64,000 nucleotides of DNA, taken from assembly GCA_020722945.1 (NCBI GenBank), contig DYJV01000003.1:1846-65845 (forward strand), read 5' to 3'. The translations under genes and the position numbers were made by a program. Of the stretch, positions 10,223-20,840 are shown in pieces. Each line of letters starts with the position of its first letter. Position 1 is the first letter of the stretch. This DNA comes from Candidatus Methylomirabilis sp. (lineage in GTDB: Bacteria; DYJV01). A model generated the notes under the pieces. That model searched no databases. It worked only from the letters and a program-made list of their open reading frames with translations, and was not told the origin of the DNA.

Positions 10223-11057
10223 AACATATAAACTTCAAAGCAACTATCATTAAAAATCCTGCAAATATTTTTTTTAATATCTTCTGATTTAATCTTATAG
10301 CAGTATTTAATCCAAATTTACTCGTAAAAAATCCCATTGCTCCACATATCAAGACAACTGATACATCTATAAATCCTACAAATGGTGGGTTAAACCCTAC
10401 AAGCTTAAGTCCGCACATTCCATATCCTGTCATTCCACCAATTTGGTTAAACGGTATCATAGATACAGAGAAACCTTGGGCAAACATCATTGGAAAATTA
10501 AAAAATGTTGTCAATAAAGGGATAGCAATAATTCCACCACCTATACCAAAAAATCCTGAGAAAAATCCTGTAAAGAGAGCTACAAAAACAAGGGATACAA
10601 ATTTACTTTTCATATCTTCAAGTGAAAATGAATCGAGTGAACTTCTATTTTTACTTAATGGCATAAACATCTGTATACTTACAAATATAAGCAAAATTCC
10701 AAAATAGGTTTTTAGAGAGGCTGAATCAATTATAGAAGCAACTTTAGAACCACAAAAACCACCCAAAAATCCTATAAAAACAAATTTAAGAGTATTTTTA
10801 AATGAGAATAACCCTTTTTTGTAGTAGTCGTAAAAATTTTTTACAGATTGAATAAAGATAACACCATTTGTTGTCCCAAAAACAAACTGTGATAGGTATT
10901 CAGGGTGTTGAAAATTGGTAGTAGAGTATAGAAAAAAGAGGGCAGGAATTATTATTGCCCCACCCCCTATACCAAGAAGACCTGCAATAAAACCACTTAC
11001 AACCCCTATTAATATTATAAAAAGATAGAAAGTAAGAATATCTGATAGAAAAAACAT
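10221..11057 (-). CDS. Sulfite exporter TauE/SafE family membrane protein
   Basis: Duplicated GFIAGLLGIGGG / GFFSGFFGIGGG motifs; multiple TM helices. Confidence 0.88.
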   Translation of the reverse strand: MFFLSDILTFYLFIILIGVVSGFIAGLLGIGGGAIIIPALFFLYSTTNFQHPEYLSQFVFGTTNGVIFIQSVKNFYDYYKKGLFSFKNTLKFVFIGFLGGFCGSKVASIIDSASLKTYFGILLIFVSIQMFMPLSKNRSSLDSFSLEDMKSKFVSLVFVALFTGFFSGFFGIGGGIIAIPLLTTFFNFPMMFAQGFSVSMIPFNQIGGMTGYGMCGLKLVGFNPPFVGFIDVSVVLICGAMGFFTSKFGLNTAIRLNQKILKKIFAGFLMIVALKFIC

Positions 11058-11059
11058 AT

Positions 11060-12421
11060 CTATACTTCGATAATATTTATCTTTCCCTCGTTTCTCAACT
11101 GGAAGAATTCTGTGGCAACCTGAGGAAAAAGAGCATAAGACAATACATCTTCAACAGATTTTGCTTTATCTCCAATCTCTTTAGTGAGCTTCTCCATTTC
11201 AGGCTCCAAAAGGTCAGCAGGTCTGACAACAATAGGAGTATCATTTTTGAGAGCCATTTTCTGAACTTCAGGGTTAAAAGGAGCAATAGATTTACCATAC
11301 ATACCTTTTAATATATTGGTGGTTTCTTTTGTAAACATTGCATATCTTTTACCCATTAGAACATTAATTGTGGCTTGTGTCCCAACTATCTGACTGGAAG
11401 GTGTCACAAGTGGAGGGTAGCCTAAATCTTCTCTTACCCTTGGAATCTCTTTTAGAACATCTTCGAGCTTATCCAATTTCCCTTGAGATTTGAGCTGGGT
11501 TTCAAGGTTTGACATCATACCACCCGGAACCTGATAGATAAGAACATTAGTATCAACCCCAGTAAAAGCACTCTCGACATCTTTATAATTTTTTCTGACA
11601 TTTTTAAAGTATTCAGCCATTTCACCAAGAGCCCCAATATCAAGCCCTGTATCGTATGGTGTATTTTTGAGAGCAACTACAAGACTTTCAGTAGGTGGCT
11701 GAGATGTCCCAAGTGCAAGAGATGATATAGCTGTATCAATAATATCTGCACCTGCTTCAATCCCTTTGAGGTATGTCATACTCGCAAGTCCACTTGTGGA
11801 GTGGCAATGCATATGAACAGGCAATCCAACTTTCTCTTTCAACTTCTTCACTAAATCGTAAGCATCAAATGGTGAAAGCAATCCTGCCATATCTTTTATA
11901 CAGATGGTATCCACTCCAAGATTTGCAAGATCTTTAGCCATATTAACAAAATAATCGTTATTATGAACAGGACTAATAGTATAACTTAAAGCTCCTTCAG
12001 CAATTTTACCATATTTTTTAACATATTCGATAGATTTCTGCATATTTCTGACATCATTTAGAGCATCAAATATTCTGAATACATCTATACCATTTGAAGC
12101 AGAGCGTTCGATGAAAGATTGAAGGACATCATCAGCATAATGCCTATAACCAACTATATTCTGCCCCCTAAGAAGCATCTGTAACTTTGTATTTGGAAGT
12201 TTTTTTCTTAATACTCTGAGCCTATCCCAAGGATCTTCTTTTAAGAATCTCAAGCATGTATCAAAAGTTGCACCACCCCATACCTCTAATGACCAGTAAC
12301 CCATTTTATCAAGTTTTTCACAAGCTCCAAGCATATCACTGGTTTTCATTCTGGTAGATAGAAGGGACTGATGAGCATCCCTTAGAATTGTATCAGTTAT
12401 CATAACTTTTTTGTTGTTCAC
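11060..12421 (-). CDS. Pyruvate carboxylase subunit B / oxaloacetate decarboxylase alpha-type carboxyltransferase, without biotinyl domain
   Basis: LRDAHQSLL, WGGATFD, IKDMAG, HCHST, GYPPLVTPSSQIVG. No MKM motif. GTG start with SD AGGAGG. Confidence 0.9.
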   Translation of the reverse strand: MNNKKVMITDTILRDAHQSLLSTRMKTSDMLGACEKLDKMGYWSLEVWGGATFDTCLRFLKEDPWDRLRVLRKKLPNTKLQMLLRGQNIVGYRHYADDVLQSFIERSASNGIDVFRIFDALNDVRNMQKSIEYVKKYGKIAEGALSYTISPVHNNDYFVNMAKDLANLGVDTICIKDMAGLLSPFDAYDLVKKLKEKVGLPVHMHCHSTSGLASMTYLKGIEAGADIIDTAISSLALGTSQPPTESLVVALKNTPYDTGLDIGALGEMAEYFKNVRKNYKDVESAFTGVDTNVLIYQVPGGMMSNLETQLKSQGKLDKLEDVLKEIPRVREDLGYPPLVTPSSQIVGTQATINVLMGKRYAMFTKETTNILKGMYGKSIAPFNPEVQKMALKNDTPIVVRPADLLEPEMEKLTKEIGDKAKSVEDVLSYALFPQVATEFFQLRNEGKINIIEV

Positions 12422-12492
12422 ATTATCCTCCTGTAATATATTTTAATTACTTGATAATTCGATGATTGCATTTTGTATCCATAACAATAGAG

Positions 12493-12524
12493 AAAAAAAT
12501 AAAGCGCTGCTAATACACAGCGCT
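12493..12524 (-). terminator. Intrinsic terminator after the biotin carrier gene
   Basis: AGCGCTG-8 nt-CAGCGCT stem followed on the minus strand by TTATTTTTTT. Confidence 0.7.
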
Positions 12525-12547
12525 AAATTTTCCATGATTTGATAAAA

Positions 12548-12757
12548 TTACTCTATAACTGCTAAAACAGATTCTGTCTCAACAGTATCACCATCTTTTA
12601 CCTTAACTTCTTTTACTTTACCACCAGCAGGTGCAACAACAGGCATCTCCATCTTCATAGCTTCAAGTATAACTATTTCATCGCCTTCATCAACTGAATC
12701 ACCAGGCTTTACCTTAACTGATAAAATTTTCCCAACCATTGGAGCTAAAACATCCAT
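12548..12757 (-). CDS. Stand-alone biotin carboxyl carrier protein
   Basis: APMVGKI...ILEAMKMEMPVVAP biotinylation motif; 69 aa. Confidence 0.92.
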   Translation of the reverse strand: MDVLAPMVGKILSVKVKPGDSVDEGDEIVILEAMKMEMPVVAPAGGKVKEVKVKDGDTVETESVLAVIE

Positions 12758-12912
12758 AACACCCTCCTTAATAATTTAAATTTTTTGTTTCTATCATAAA
12801 GTTGATTTATTTGCAAGCAAATAGAAAGATAAAAAGAGTAAGCTCTAAAAAAATATTTCAAAAATGGAGAGAGTAAAATTAAAAAGAAAGTTTTAAAAAT
12901 TAAAAGCTGAAA

Positions 12913-14991
12913 CTAATTTTTTGAATCAAGATACTTTTGAATATGCTTGAAACCTTCAACTTTTACTTTATCGTAATAGTATTTAAAATTATTCTCTTTG
13001 TATATTTTATCCTCATAACTATTGTGACAAAATATACACTTACCGACTCTTAATATTTTGATAATATCCTCACTATTAAATACTTTGAAATTTTCATTCG
13101 AAAGACTCTGATACTGTATCTTACCATCATGGGACACAATGCTCTCAAACGGGAAATCAACATTAACTCCAGAGCTTTTGATATCGTAGATAGGTTTGAA
13201 GATTATTGTATCATTGTCAGCAAGCTCAAGATACCCCTTCCCAAGACCAACTGCCATAGGATTGTTGTGACAGTCATGACATCTTTTGCTCAATTTTGTT
13301 ACAGTGTGAGGTTGGACCGGTGCAACCGCAAATGAAGTAGTATTGTCATCATGTATAAAAACTTTATTATCAAAATTCTTATCTGGAAAAGTCAACTGGC
13401 TTTGGCAAAACTGCATTGGTGAAATTTTACCCTTTGAATTAATTCCCAGGACAGTATCCTCAAACCTAGTATAACTCCTATATTCATACCACATACCCAT
13501 ACTTTTGAAACCTGTAAGGAAATCTCGCTGAGAAAAATTTGGATTGTAACCTATATGGCAACCGTAACAGAGAGGTGTCCATTTGAAATGACATGTATAA
13601 CACTCAAAATTTTTGTTACACTGATTGGTCTTGTGTTTTGGGTCATTGCTAATAGTTTTTATTTCAAGTTTCTTATCACTTATCTTTGTAAAGAGGTAAA
13701 TTTTGTTACCTTCCCTCTTGATATGACTTAGAATACTACCTTTTTTATTTTTTAGAAGCTGATCATTTATATTTATATTATCAAAACTACTTATCAAATC
13801 ATCTCTTAAACTTGATACATCATAAAATTCAGGTTTATTTTTGTAATCACCATGGCAATCTTCGCATCTAATCTCAACCACCTGCTCCATTTTGTCATAA
13901 ATCAGACCATCACCCATAATATCATTGGATGTATGACAATCTATACACTCCATCCCTTTTTGAAAATGAACATCAGCTCCCATGTGAAAAAAATTTCTCC
14001 CACCCATCAGCTCATTTTCCGAAAGAGATCCTTGACTGTAGGGTGTCCCATAAAAATCGTTTTCCATAATCCCTACGTATGATGTTCCATATCTATTGCT
14101 TCTGTTGTGACAGTGAAGACATTGGCTGGTAGGAATTTTTTTGGTCATTTTGTGAAAGGTTGGATGCCCCTCCTCGCCTCTATCAATTGTAGGATCATCA
14201 CCCTTATATTTACTGCTGTTATCATATAGGACATGGCAAGCCGAACAACCAGATGAATGATTGCTCGTAGAGTTGGGATTATTAGCCCCTATATGACACA
14301 TACTACAAAATTTTCTAAAATGACTATCTGCTATCTCCCCAGATACTTCATACTCGTCTTGGTAAGATGGTGGAATATCATCTTTGCTGTAAAAAGGGAC
14401 TCGCTTCAGAACCCTACCCTTTTTATCCTCTATATTGTTTGTAGCATAAATAGCAGATTTACTCTTTTGAGAATTCCATTGATACCTAAGATCTGCAATT
14501 ACACCACCCATAGAGAACATAAGGGAAGTCTCTACCCTCTTGATATCATTGTCGTGGCAATCCTTTGTCCCACAGGACTTATTAACAAATTTCATGTCAG
14601 AGGGATTCCTTTTGCCAATCAAACCTTTATGGGCATCATCTTTTTTTATAGAAAGAGGGTCTCCACCATGACATACTATACATCCAAAAACATTTATAGG
14701 ATGGGATTCGCTAATCTCTTCTATTCCAATATGGCATGTTATACAATACTCCTCCCTCTTCCATTTGGATACATAGATACCCCTCTTTTCAATTTTGAAG
14801 TTTCTAAAATTTTCAATATCTTTTAGGATAGCTTCATCTTTACTCTTTTGATACTGAATTTGAAGTTTCTCTATTTTATCTCTCTTATAACGCTTCTGAT
14901 ACTTTTTCCAATCAGAGTAAGGGTCAAAATAGTAAACAGCAATAAGGGTCAAAGATAGTAGAAATATAAGTATATGCAGCAGTCTATTCAT
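12913..14991 (-). CDS. Membrane-anchored multiheme cytochrome c (11 CxxCH + 1 CX4CH)
   Basis: N-terminal hydrophobic anchor. CITCH, CIVCH, CSMCH, CSACH, CLHCH, CIDCH, CEDCH, CYTCH, CYGCH, CHDCH, CIFCH, plus CGTKDCH. Confidence 0.9.
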   Translation of the reverse strand: MNRLLHILIFLLSLTLIAVYYFDPYSDWKKYQKRYKRDKIEKLQIQYQKSKDEAILKDIENFRNFKIEKRGIYVSKWKREEYCITCHIGIEEISESHPINVFGCIVCHGGDPLSIKKDDAHKGLIGKRNPSDMKFVNKSCGTKDCHDNDIKRVETSLMFSMGGVIADLRYQWNSQKSKSAIYATNNIEDKKGRVLKRVPFYSKDDIPPSYQDEYEVSGEIADSHFRKFCSMCHIGANNPNSTSNHSSGCSACHVLYDNSSKYKGDDPTIDRGEEGHPTFHKMTKKIPTSQCLHCHNRSNRYGTSYVGIMENDFYGTPYSQGSLSENELMGGRNFFHMGADVHFQKGMECIDCHTSNDIMGDGLIYDKMEQVVEIRCEDCHGDYKNKPEFYDVSSLRDDLISSFDNININDQLLKNKKGSILSHIKREGNKIYLFTKISDKKLEIKTISNDPKHKTNQCNKNFECYTCHFKWTPLCYGCHIGYNPNFSQRDFLTGFKSMGMWYEYRSYTRFEDTVLGINSKGKISPMQFCQSQLTFPDKNFDNKVFIHDDNTTSFAVAPVQPHTVTKLSKRCHDCHNNPMAVGLGKGYLELADNDTIIFKPIYDIKSSGVNVDFPFESIVSHDGKIQYQSLSNENFKVFNSEDIIKILRVGKCIFCHNSYEDKIYKENNFKYYYDKVKVEGFKHIQKYLDSKN

Positions 14992-15053
14992 ATAAATAAA
15001 AATAACCTTTGTTGTAAAACTTGAATATAAAAAAATATACTCTATTAAGCCAG

Positions 15054-15791
15054 TTACATATACAATCCACCATTAATATGGTAAACTTGCCCTGTAATAT
15101 AATCTGAATTTTCATCAAGTAGAAAAGATACTACTCTTGCAACTTCCTCTGCTTTTCCTAATCTTTTCATAGGGATTTTACTCCTAACTTTATCAAGAGC
15201 CTCAGGTGGAACTTTGGCAACCATCTCTGTTTCGATAAAACCGGGTGCAACTGCATTTACAGTGATATTTTTTTGAGCAAGCTCAAGTGCAAGAGATTTG
15301 GTCAAACCAATTACTCCGGCTTTTGAAGCAGCATAGTTACTTTGACCAATATTTCCTGAAGCAGCAATTATAGAACTTATGTTGATTATCCTACCCCATC
15401 CATTTGCCATCATATAATCAAGAGAAGCTTTTATGCAGTAAAAACTCCCAAAAAGATTAACCTGAATAACCCTTATCCACTCTTCAAGGCTCATCTTTAT
15501 AACAGTTTTGTCGTGGGTGATACCAGCATTATTAATCAGAATATCAATTTTACCATACTTTTCAACAAGTGCTTCAACAACATGTTTTACATCGTAAAAA
15601 TTTTCAACACTACCCTGAAATATTTCAGCTTCACCACCATTTCTTAATATCTCATCTTTTACTTCAAGAGCTTTATTTGTATCTCTATTGTATCCAATAC
15701 CAACAATTATACCCCTCTTTGCAATTTCAATAGATATAGCTTTACCAATACCTCTGGCAGCACCTGTAACTAAAGCAACATGTTTACCCAT
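15054..15791 (-). CDS. phaB: Acetoacetyl-CoA reductase (PhaB-like SDR)
   Basis: TGAARGIG, NNAGITHDKT, ISSII, GQSNYAASK, KSLALELA, PGFIETEMVAKVP, INGGLYM resemble Bacillus-type PhaB as recalled; FabG is not excluded. Confidence 0.7.
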   Translation of the reverse strand: MGKHVALVTGAARGIGKAISIEIAKRGIIVGIGYNRDTNKALEVKDEILRNGGEAEIFQGSVENFYDVKHVVEALVEKYGKIDILINNAGITHDKTVIKMSLEEWIRVIQVNLFGSFYCIKASLDYMMANGWGRIINISSIIAASGNIGQSNYAASKAGVIGLTKSLALELAQKNITVNAVAPGFIETEMVAKVPPEALDKVRSKIPMKRLGKAEEVARVVSFLLDENSDYITGQVYHINGGLYM

Positions 15792-15965
15792 CTGACCCTC
15801 CTAAATTTTTTGATATATTGGTTCTAACTAAAATCTTAAGAGAAAATATCTACAACATTATTTATATATAATAATATTTCTGAAAAGGAAAATCAAATTT
15901 AAATAATTTTCTTGGAATATCCTCATTTTTATGTTAATTGGAAAGAAAAAATTTTGGGGATATTT

Positions 15966-17066
15966 ATGGGATTTAAATGTGGTATAGTAGGACTTCCCAA
16001 TGTTGGTAAGTCCACTATCTTTTCAGCTTTGACAGCCAATCAGGTTGATGCTTCAAATTACCCTTTCTGCACAATAGAACCTAATATCGGGATTGTAAAA
16101 GTATTTGACGAGAGGTTACTCAATCTTGCAAAACTAATAAACCCCGAGAAAATCATCTACACTACTATGGAATTTGTTGATATTGCAGGGCTTGTAAAGG
16201 GTGCAAGTAAAGGTGAGGGTTTGGGTAACCAATTTTTATCAAATATACGAAATGTCGATGCAATAGCTCATATCGTCAGATGTTTTGAAGATAGAGATAT
16301 AGTCCATGTTGAAGGTGATGTTGATCCTGTAAGAGACATCAAGATAATAAATCTTGAGCTTATACTTGCAGATCTTGACACAGTCTCCAAGAAGCTTGAT
16401 AGAACAGAGAGGCTTTTAAAAAAGGGAGAAAAGAGCATAAAACTTGAATATGAAATTTTATCAAAATTAAAAGATTCCCTCGATAACGAAATTCCCGCCA
16501 GATACACCAAAATCAACTCTGATAGTGAAGAGGAGGTTGCGATATTTAAGTCTCTCAATCTTCTGACTGCCAAACCTATTTTATATGTTGCAAATGTTGA
16601 TGAAAATTCCCTCTCTGGTAACCACTTTACAGAGCAGCTAATCAACTTCGTAAAAAATGAAGATTCCAAGATTATTCTGATCTCAGGTAAAATTGAAAAT
16701 GAGTTATCTTCTCTCTCTGATGATGAGAGGAAAGCTTTTATGGATGACCTCAAAATGGAGATATCAGGCTTGGATAGAATGATAAAAGAGGGTTATGATC
16801 TTCTCGGACTAATAACCTTTATCACAGCAGGCAAACCTGAAGTGAGGGGATGGACCATTACCCAAAATACCAAAGCTCCACAAGCAGCAGGGAAAATCCA
16901 TTCAGACTTTGAGAGAGGATTTATAAGAGCAGAAGTTATCTCATACGATGATTACATAAAAGCAAAAAGCGAGCATAAAGCAAAAGAGCTTGGGTATCTG
17001 AGACTTGAAGGTAAAGATTATATTATAAAAGATGGCGATATTGTCCATTTTAGATTCAACGTATAA
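15966..17066 (+). CDS. ychF: Redox-regulated ATPase YchF
   Basis: GIVGLPNVGKST, YPFCTIEPN, DIAGLVKGAS.GEGLGNQFL, C-terminal FRFNV. Confidence 0.97.
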   Translation: MGFKCGIVGLPNVGKSTIFSALTANQVDASNYPFCTIEPNIGIVKVFDERLLNLAKLINPEKIIYTTMEFVDIAGLVKGASKGEGLGNQFLSNIRNVDAIAHIVRCFEDRDIVHVEGDVDPVRDIKIINLELILADLDTVSKKLDRTERLLKKGEKSIKLEYEILSKLKDSLDNEIPARYTKINSDSEEEVAIFKSLNLLTAKPILYVANVDENSLSGNHFTEQLINFVKNEDSKIILISGKIENELSSLSDDERKAFMDDLKMEISGLDRMIKEGYDLLGLITFITAGKPEVRGWTITQNTKAPQAAGKIHSDFERGFIRAEVISYDDYIKAKSEHKAKELGYLRLEGKDYIIKDGDIVHFRFNV

Positions 17067-17077
17067 CAAAAAGTGAA

Positions 17078-17905
17078 ATGACCCGTATAACCTTATTTTT
17101 ACTATTTATATTCACATTCAGTAGCTGTAGCAGCTCATTTTTGGATAGGATCAATCCAAATATAGTTGCAAAAGTTGATAATGATCGCATTAAACTTAGC
17201 GAAATTAAAAAAAAGATAAATAAGGATAATGAGGGTTCAGACATCACCAAACCTCTAATTCTATTTTACATAAAGGAGAGAATTAACGAAATAATAATTG
17301 AAAATGAATTTAAGAAACTAAAATTTACAATTGAAGATTCTGACAGAGCTGATCTCGATATCTTCTCTAAACTGAATAAAGAGGAGCTTGAAAAGATCAT
17401 AATCTTCAAAAAAGTCAAAAATTATATCGTTAGAAAGATAACACCACCTACCGAGAAAGAGTGTATGAAGTATTACAACGATCACATAAAAGATTACGAA
17501 CAGGGTGAGCAGATAATTACAAAATATATAGTTACCAATGACGAAACCATCGCTAACGAAGTTTATAAGGTGACCAAAACTTCAGGTTTAGACAAGGCTC
17601 TAAAAGATAAGAATCTCAATTATAGTTTTAAAGGTCTAATAAAAGTTGAAAATATTCCTGATGAAATTAAAAAACAGATCAATTACCAAAAAGAGAATTC
17701 AACTTGGTTTCTAAAAACATCAGGAGATTATTTTTACATAATATATATAGAAAAATATTACTCAAAAGTTATACCTTTCGAACAACTCAAAGAGAAAATC
17801 AACAGAACACTACTTGATGATAAGCAGAATAAATATTTTAAACTTTGGCTCAAAAACCAAATTGATAATTCAAAAGTAATCATTTTTCACAACAAAATAG
17901 AGTAA
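17078..17905 (+). CDS. SurA/PrsA-like peptidyl-prolyl isomerase or chaperone lipoprotein
   Basis: Lipobox-like FSSC, VAKVDNDRI, KYYNDH, PFEQLKEKI pattern; parvulin domain is degenerate. Confidence 0.65.
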   Translation: MTRITLFLLFIFTFSSCSSSFLDRINPNIVAKVDNDRIKLSEIKKKINKDNEGSDITKPLILFYIKERINEIIIENEFKKLKFTIEDSDRADLDIFSKLNKEELEKIIIFKKVKNYIVRKITPPTEKECMKYYNDHIKDYEQGEQIITKYIVTNDETIANEVYKVTKTSGLDKALKDKNLNYSFKGLIKVENIPDEIKKQINYQKENSTWFLKTSGDYFYIIYIEKYYSKVIPFEQLKEKINRTLLDDKQNKYFKLWLKNQIDNSKVIIFHNKIE

Positions 17906-17914
17906 ATTTAATTT

Positions 17915-18907
17915 ATGAGACAAATTGGAATTACTACAACTGTTCCGATCGAAATAATTTACGCATCAGGTGCAGTTCCGATAGATCTAAATAATCTTTT
18001 TATTACTTACAGTGACCCACAAACTCTTGTAAATATCGCCGAAAACAAAGGATTCCCAAGGACTACATGCACTTGGATAAAAGGGCTATACTCAATAGCA
18101 ATGCTAAAAGGGATAAAAGAGATAATTACTGTTCTTGAAGGGGATTGCTCTAATACTCATGCACTCTCTGAAATATGGCAGCAGGAAGGTATAACAACTA
18201 TCCCATTCTCGTTCCCATACAATAAAGATTTAATTTTTTTTAAACACAACTTTAATTTTTTACAAGATTACTTTAAAGTTACCACAAAAGATATCTACAA
18301 TACAAAAGGTGAACTTGACAAGATAAGAGATAAATTGCAAATTATCGATACAATGACATACAGAGAAAATATTGTATCAGGTTTTGAAAATCATCTATTT
18401 CTGGTCAGCAGTTCAGATTTTTTATCTGATCCTAATCTTTTTGAAGGTAAGATAGATAATCTCCTTTACGATTTAAAACATAGGGAGCCTTTTCGGGAGA
18501 GAGTCCGTCTCGGGTTGATCGGGGTTCCACCCATAATATTAAACATTTACCAAGAGATAGAGAGACTTGGTGCAAGAGTTGTTTTCAACGAAATCCAACT
18601 CCAGTTTGCAATGCTGAATAATTGTCAAGACATATATGAGCAATACCTTCAATACACATACCCTTATTCAGTATTTGGCAGAATAGAGAACATAAAAAAA
18701 GAGATAGCAATAAGGAATTTAGATGGGATTATACACTATACTCAATCTTTCTGTTTCAGGAATATTCAGGATCAGATATTCAAAAAGATGATAAATATCC
18801 CAATACTTACACTTGAAGGGGATAAACCTGAACCTCTCGATCAGAGGAACAAAATTAGGCTTGAAAGTTTTATAGATATGCTTATGATAAAAAAAGAGAG
18901 AAGATAA
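17915..18907 (+). CDS. 2-hydroxyacyl-CoA dehydratase subunit D (HgdD) family
   Basis: [46 protein letters not shown]. Confidence 0.85.
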   Translation: MRQIGITTTVPIEIIYASGAVPIDLNNLFITYSDPQTLVNIAENKGFPRTTCTWIKGLYSIAMLKGIKEIITVLEGDCSNTHALSEIWQQEGITTIPFSFPYNKDLIFFKHNFNFLQDYFKVTTKDIYNTKGELDKIRDKLQIIDTMTYRENIVSGFENHLFLVSSSDFLSDPNLFEGKIDNLLYDLKHREPFRERVRLGLIGVPPIILNIYQEIERLGARVVFNEIQLQFAMLNNCQDIYEQYLQYTYPYSVFGRIENIKKEIAIRNLDGIIHYTQSFCFRNIQDQIFKKMINIPILTLEGDKPEPLDQRNKIRLESFIDMLMIKKERR

Positions 18908-18933
18908 AATATCAAATTTATAAGGAGTTAGGT

Positions 18934-20214
18934 ATGCTTGATGTCAAATTTATCAGACAAAATATCGAAAAAGTTGAAGAGATGCTACAAAATAGAAATA
19001 CAAAAGTGAATCTAATCGAATTTAAGGATCTTGAAGAGAAGCGTAGAAAGCTTATTACCGAAGGTGAAACCTTAAAAGCGGATAAAAACAGAAGAAGCAA
19101 AGAGATAGCAGAGTCTAAAAAACAGGGTTTAATAGATGACAATCTTATAAAAGATCTGCAAATTATATCAGACAGAATTAAAATCGTTGACAATGAATTA
19201 AAAGATATAGAGGATAAATTTGAATTTATATCCCTCAACATCCCTAATATGCTGCATAGCTCAGTCCCTATTGGTAAAGATGAAAGCAGCAATACTGTTT
19301 ACAAAACTTTTGGGCAACCTCACAAATTCAATTTCACTGCAAAACCACACTGGGATATTGCAGAGAAATTGGGTATTATTGATTTTGAAAGAGCAACCAA
19401 GATTACAGGTTCAAGATTTTCACTCTACTTTGGCAACGGAGCAAAACTTGAAAGAGCTATAATAAACTTTATGCTCGATCTCCATACCACAAAACATGGC
19501 TACAAAGAGGTTTTACCACCATTTATGGTAAATAGGCAAACTATGACAGGCACAGGACAGCTTCCAAAATTTGAAGATGATCTATTTAGAATTGACTCTG
19601 TTGATTACTTCCTTATCCCCACAGCAGAAGTCCCAGTTACAAATATCTACGCAGATGAAATATTATCAGAAGATGAACTCCCTATATATTTTACAGCATA
19701 CACACCATGCTTCAGAAAAGAAGCAGGCTCTTATGGTAAAGATACAAAAGGTTTAATCAGACAACATCAATTTAATAAAGTAGAGTTAGTCAAATTTTCA
19801 AAACCGGAAGATTCATACGAAGAGCTTGAGAAACTTCTACTCAATGCAGAAGAGGTGTTGAAGTTGTTGAATATCCCTTACAGAGTTGTAACTCTTTGCA
19901 GCGGAGATACCGGGTTCTCCTCCGCCAAAACTTACGACATAGAGGTATGGTTACCGGGTCAAGATTGTTATAGGGAGATATCTTCATGTTCAAATTTTGA
20001 AGATTTTCAGGCAAGGAGAGCAAAAATAAGATTCAAAAAGAAAGGTCAAAAAGGAACTGAGTTTGTCCATACTTTAAATGGGTCGGGACTTGCAGTAGGG
20101 AGAACTTTGGTTGCTATTCTTGAAAATTACCAACAAGAAGATGGCTCTGTTGTAATACCTGAAGTTTTGAGAAAATATATGGACAACAAAGATATAATAA
20201 GAGGGGTTGTATGA
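18934..20214 (+). CDS. serS: Serine--tRNA ligase
   Basis: [44 protein letters not shown]. Confidence 0.98.
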   Translation: MLDVKFIRQNIEKVEEMLQNRNTKVNLIEFKDLEEKRRKLITEGETLKADKNRRSKEIAESKKQGLIDDNLIKDLQIISDRIKIVDNELKDIEDKFEFISLNIPNMLHSSVPIGKDESSNTVYKTFGQPHKFNFTAKPHWDIAEKLGIIDFERATKITGSRFSLYFGNGAKLERAIINFMLDLHTTKHGYKEVLPPFMVNRQTMTGTGQLPKFEDDLFRIDSVDYFLIPTAEVPVTNIYADEILSEDELPIYFTAYTPCFRKEAGSYGKDTKGLIRQHQFNKVELVKFSKPEDSYEELEKLLLNAEEVLKLLNIPYRVVTLCSGDTGFSSAKTYDIEVWLPGQDCYREISSCSNFEDFQARRAKIRFKKKGQKGTEFVHTLNGSGLAVGRTLVAILENYQQEDGSVVIPEVLRKYMDNKDIIRGVV

Positions 20215-20840
20215 TCGCTCAATATCTCACAGAAATATCTTTACTCCTAATTCCTGTTCTTGTGGCAGTTACAATTCATGAAACCGCTCATGGATATGCG
20301 GCATATTTTAGTGGGGATATGACCCCTAAATATGCTGGACGCTTGTCACTCAATCCACTCAAACATCTTGATCCAGTAGGAAGCATTGTGTTTTTAATTA
20401 CAAGAATGATAGGATGGGCCAAACCTGTCCCTATAAATCCCAATAACTTCAAAAATCTAAAAAGAGATACAGTAATTGTATCACTTGCAGGTCCACTTTC
20501 AAATATGGCACTTGCAGTAATATTTGCTTTTTTACTTAAAGGATTGACTCTTTTTCCTATTGGTTCAACATTTATCTACTATAAGATAATGGTTCCAATT
20601 GCCATAATATGTAAGCTTGCAGTCCAGATAAATATAGCTTTTGCTCTGTTTAATCTGATACCAATACCACCACTTGATGGGAGTAAGGTTTTATACGAGA
20701 TACTCCCTTATAATCTTGCTTTTCAATACCAGAAACTTGAACCTTATGGATTTATTATAATATTGGTGCTACTGATTGCAAATGTTTTTGACTACACATT
20801 ATGGCCGATTGTAAGATTTTTTACTGGAGTGTTACTGTGA
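20211..20840 (+). CDS. Site-2 protease family (M50) membrane metalloprotease
   Basis: [22 protein letters not shown]. Confidence 0.92.
   Translation: MIAQYLTEISLLLIPVLVAVTIHETAHGYAAYFSGDMTPKYAGRLSLNPLKHLDPVGSIVFLITRMIGWAKPVPINPNNFKNLKRDTVIVSLAGPLSNMALAVIFAFLLKGLTLFPIGSTFIYYKIMVPIAIICKLAVQINIAFALFNLIPIPPLDGSKVLYEILPYNLAFQYQKLEPYGFIIILVLLIANVFDYTLWPIVRFFTGVLL

Noticed and set aside
13129-14826. Plus-strand ORFs of 68, 76 and 189 aa
   Set aside because: They are antisense shadows of the multiheme cytochrome gene, with no SD or motifs.
16268-16753. 161-aa minus-strand ORF, and similar short antisense or overlapping ORFs in serS, cobQ, rng, aspS, valS, tsaD and ruvB
   Set aside because: They lie fully within confidently identified genes and have the Ser/Ile/Phe-rich composition typical of antisense frames.
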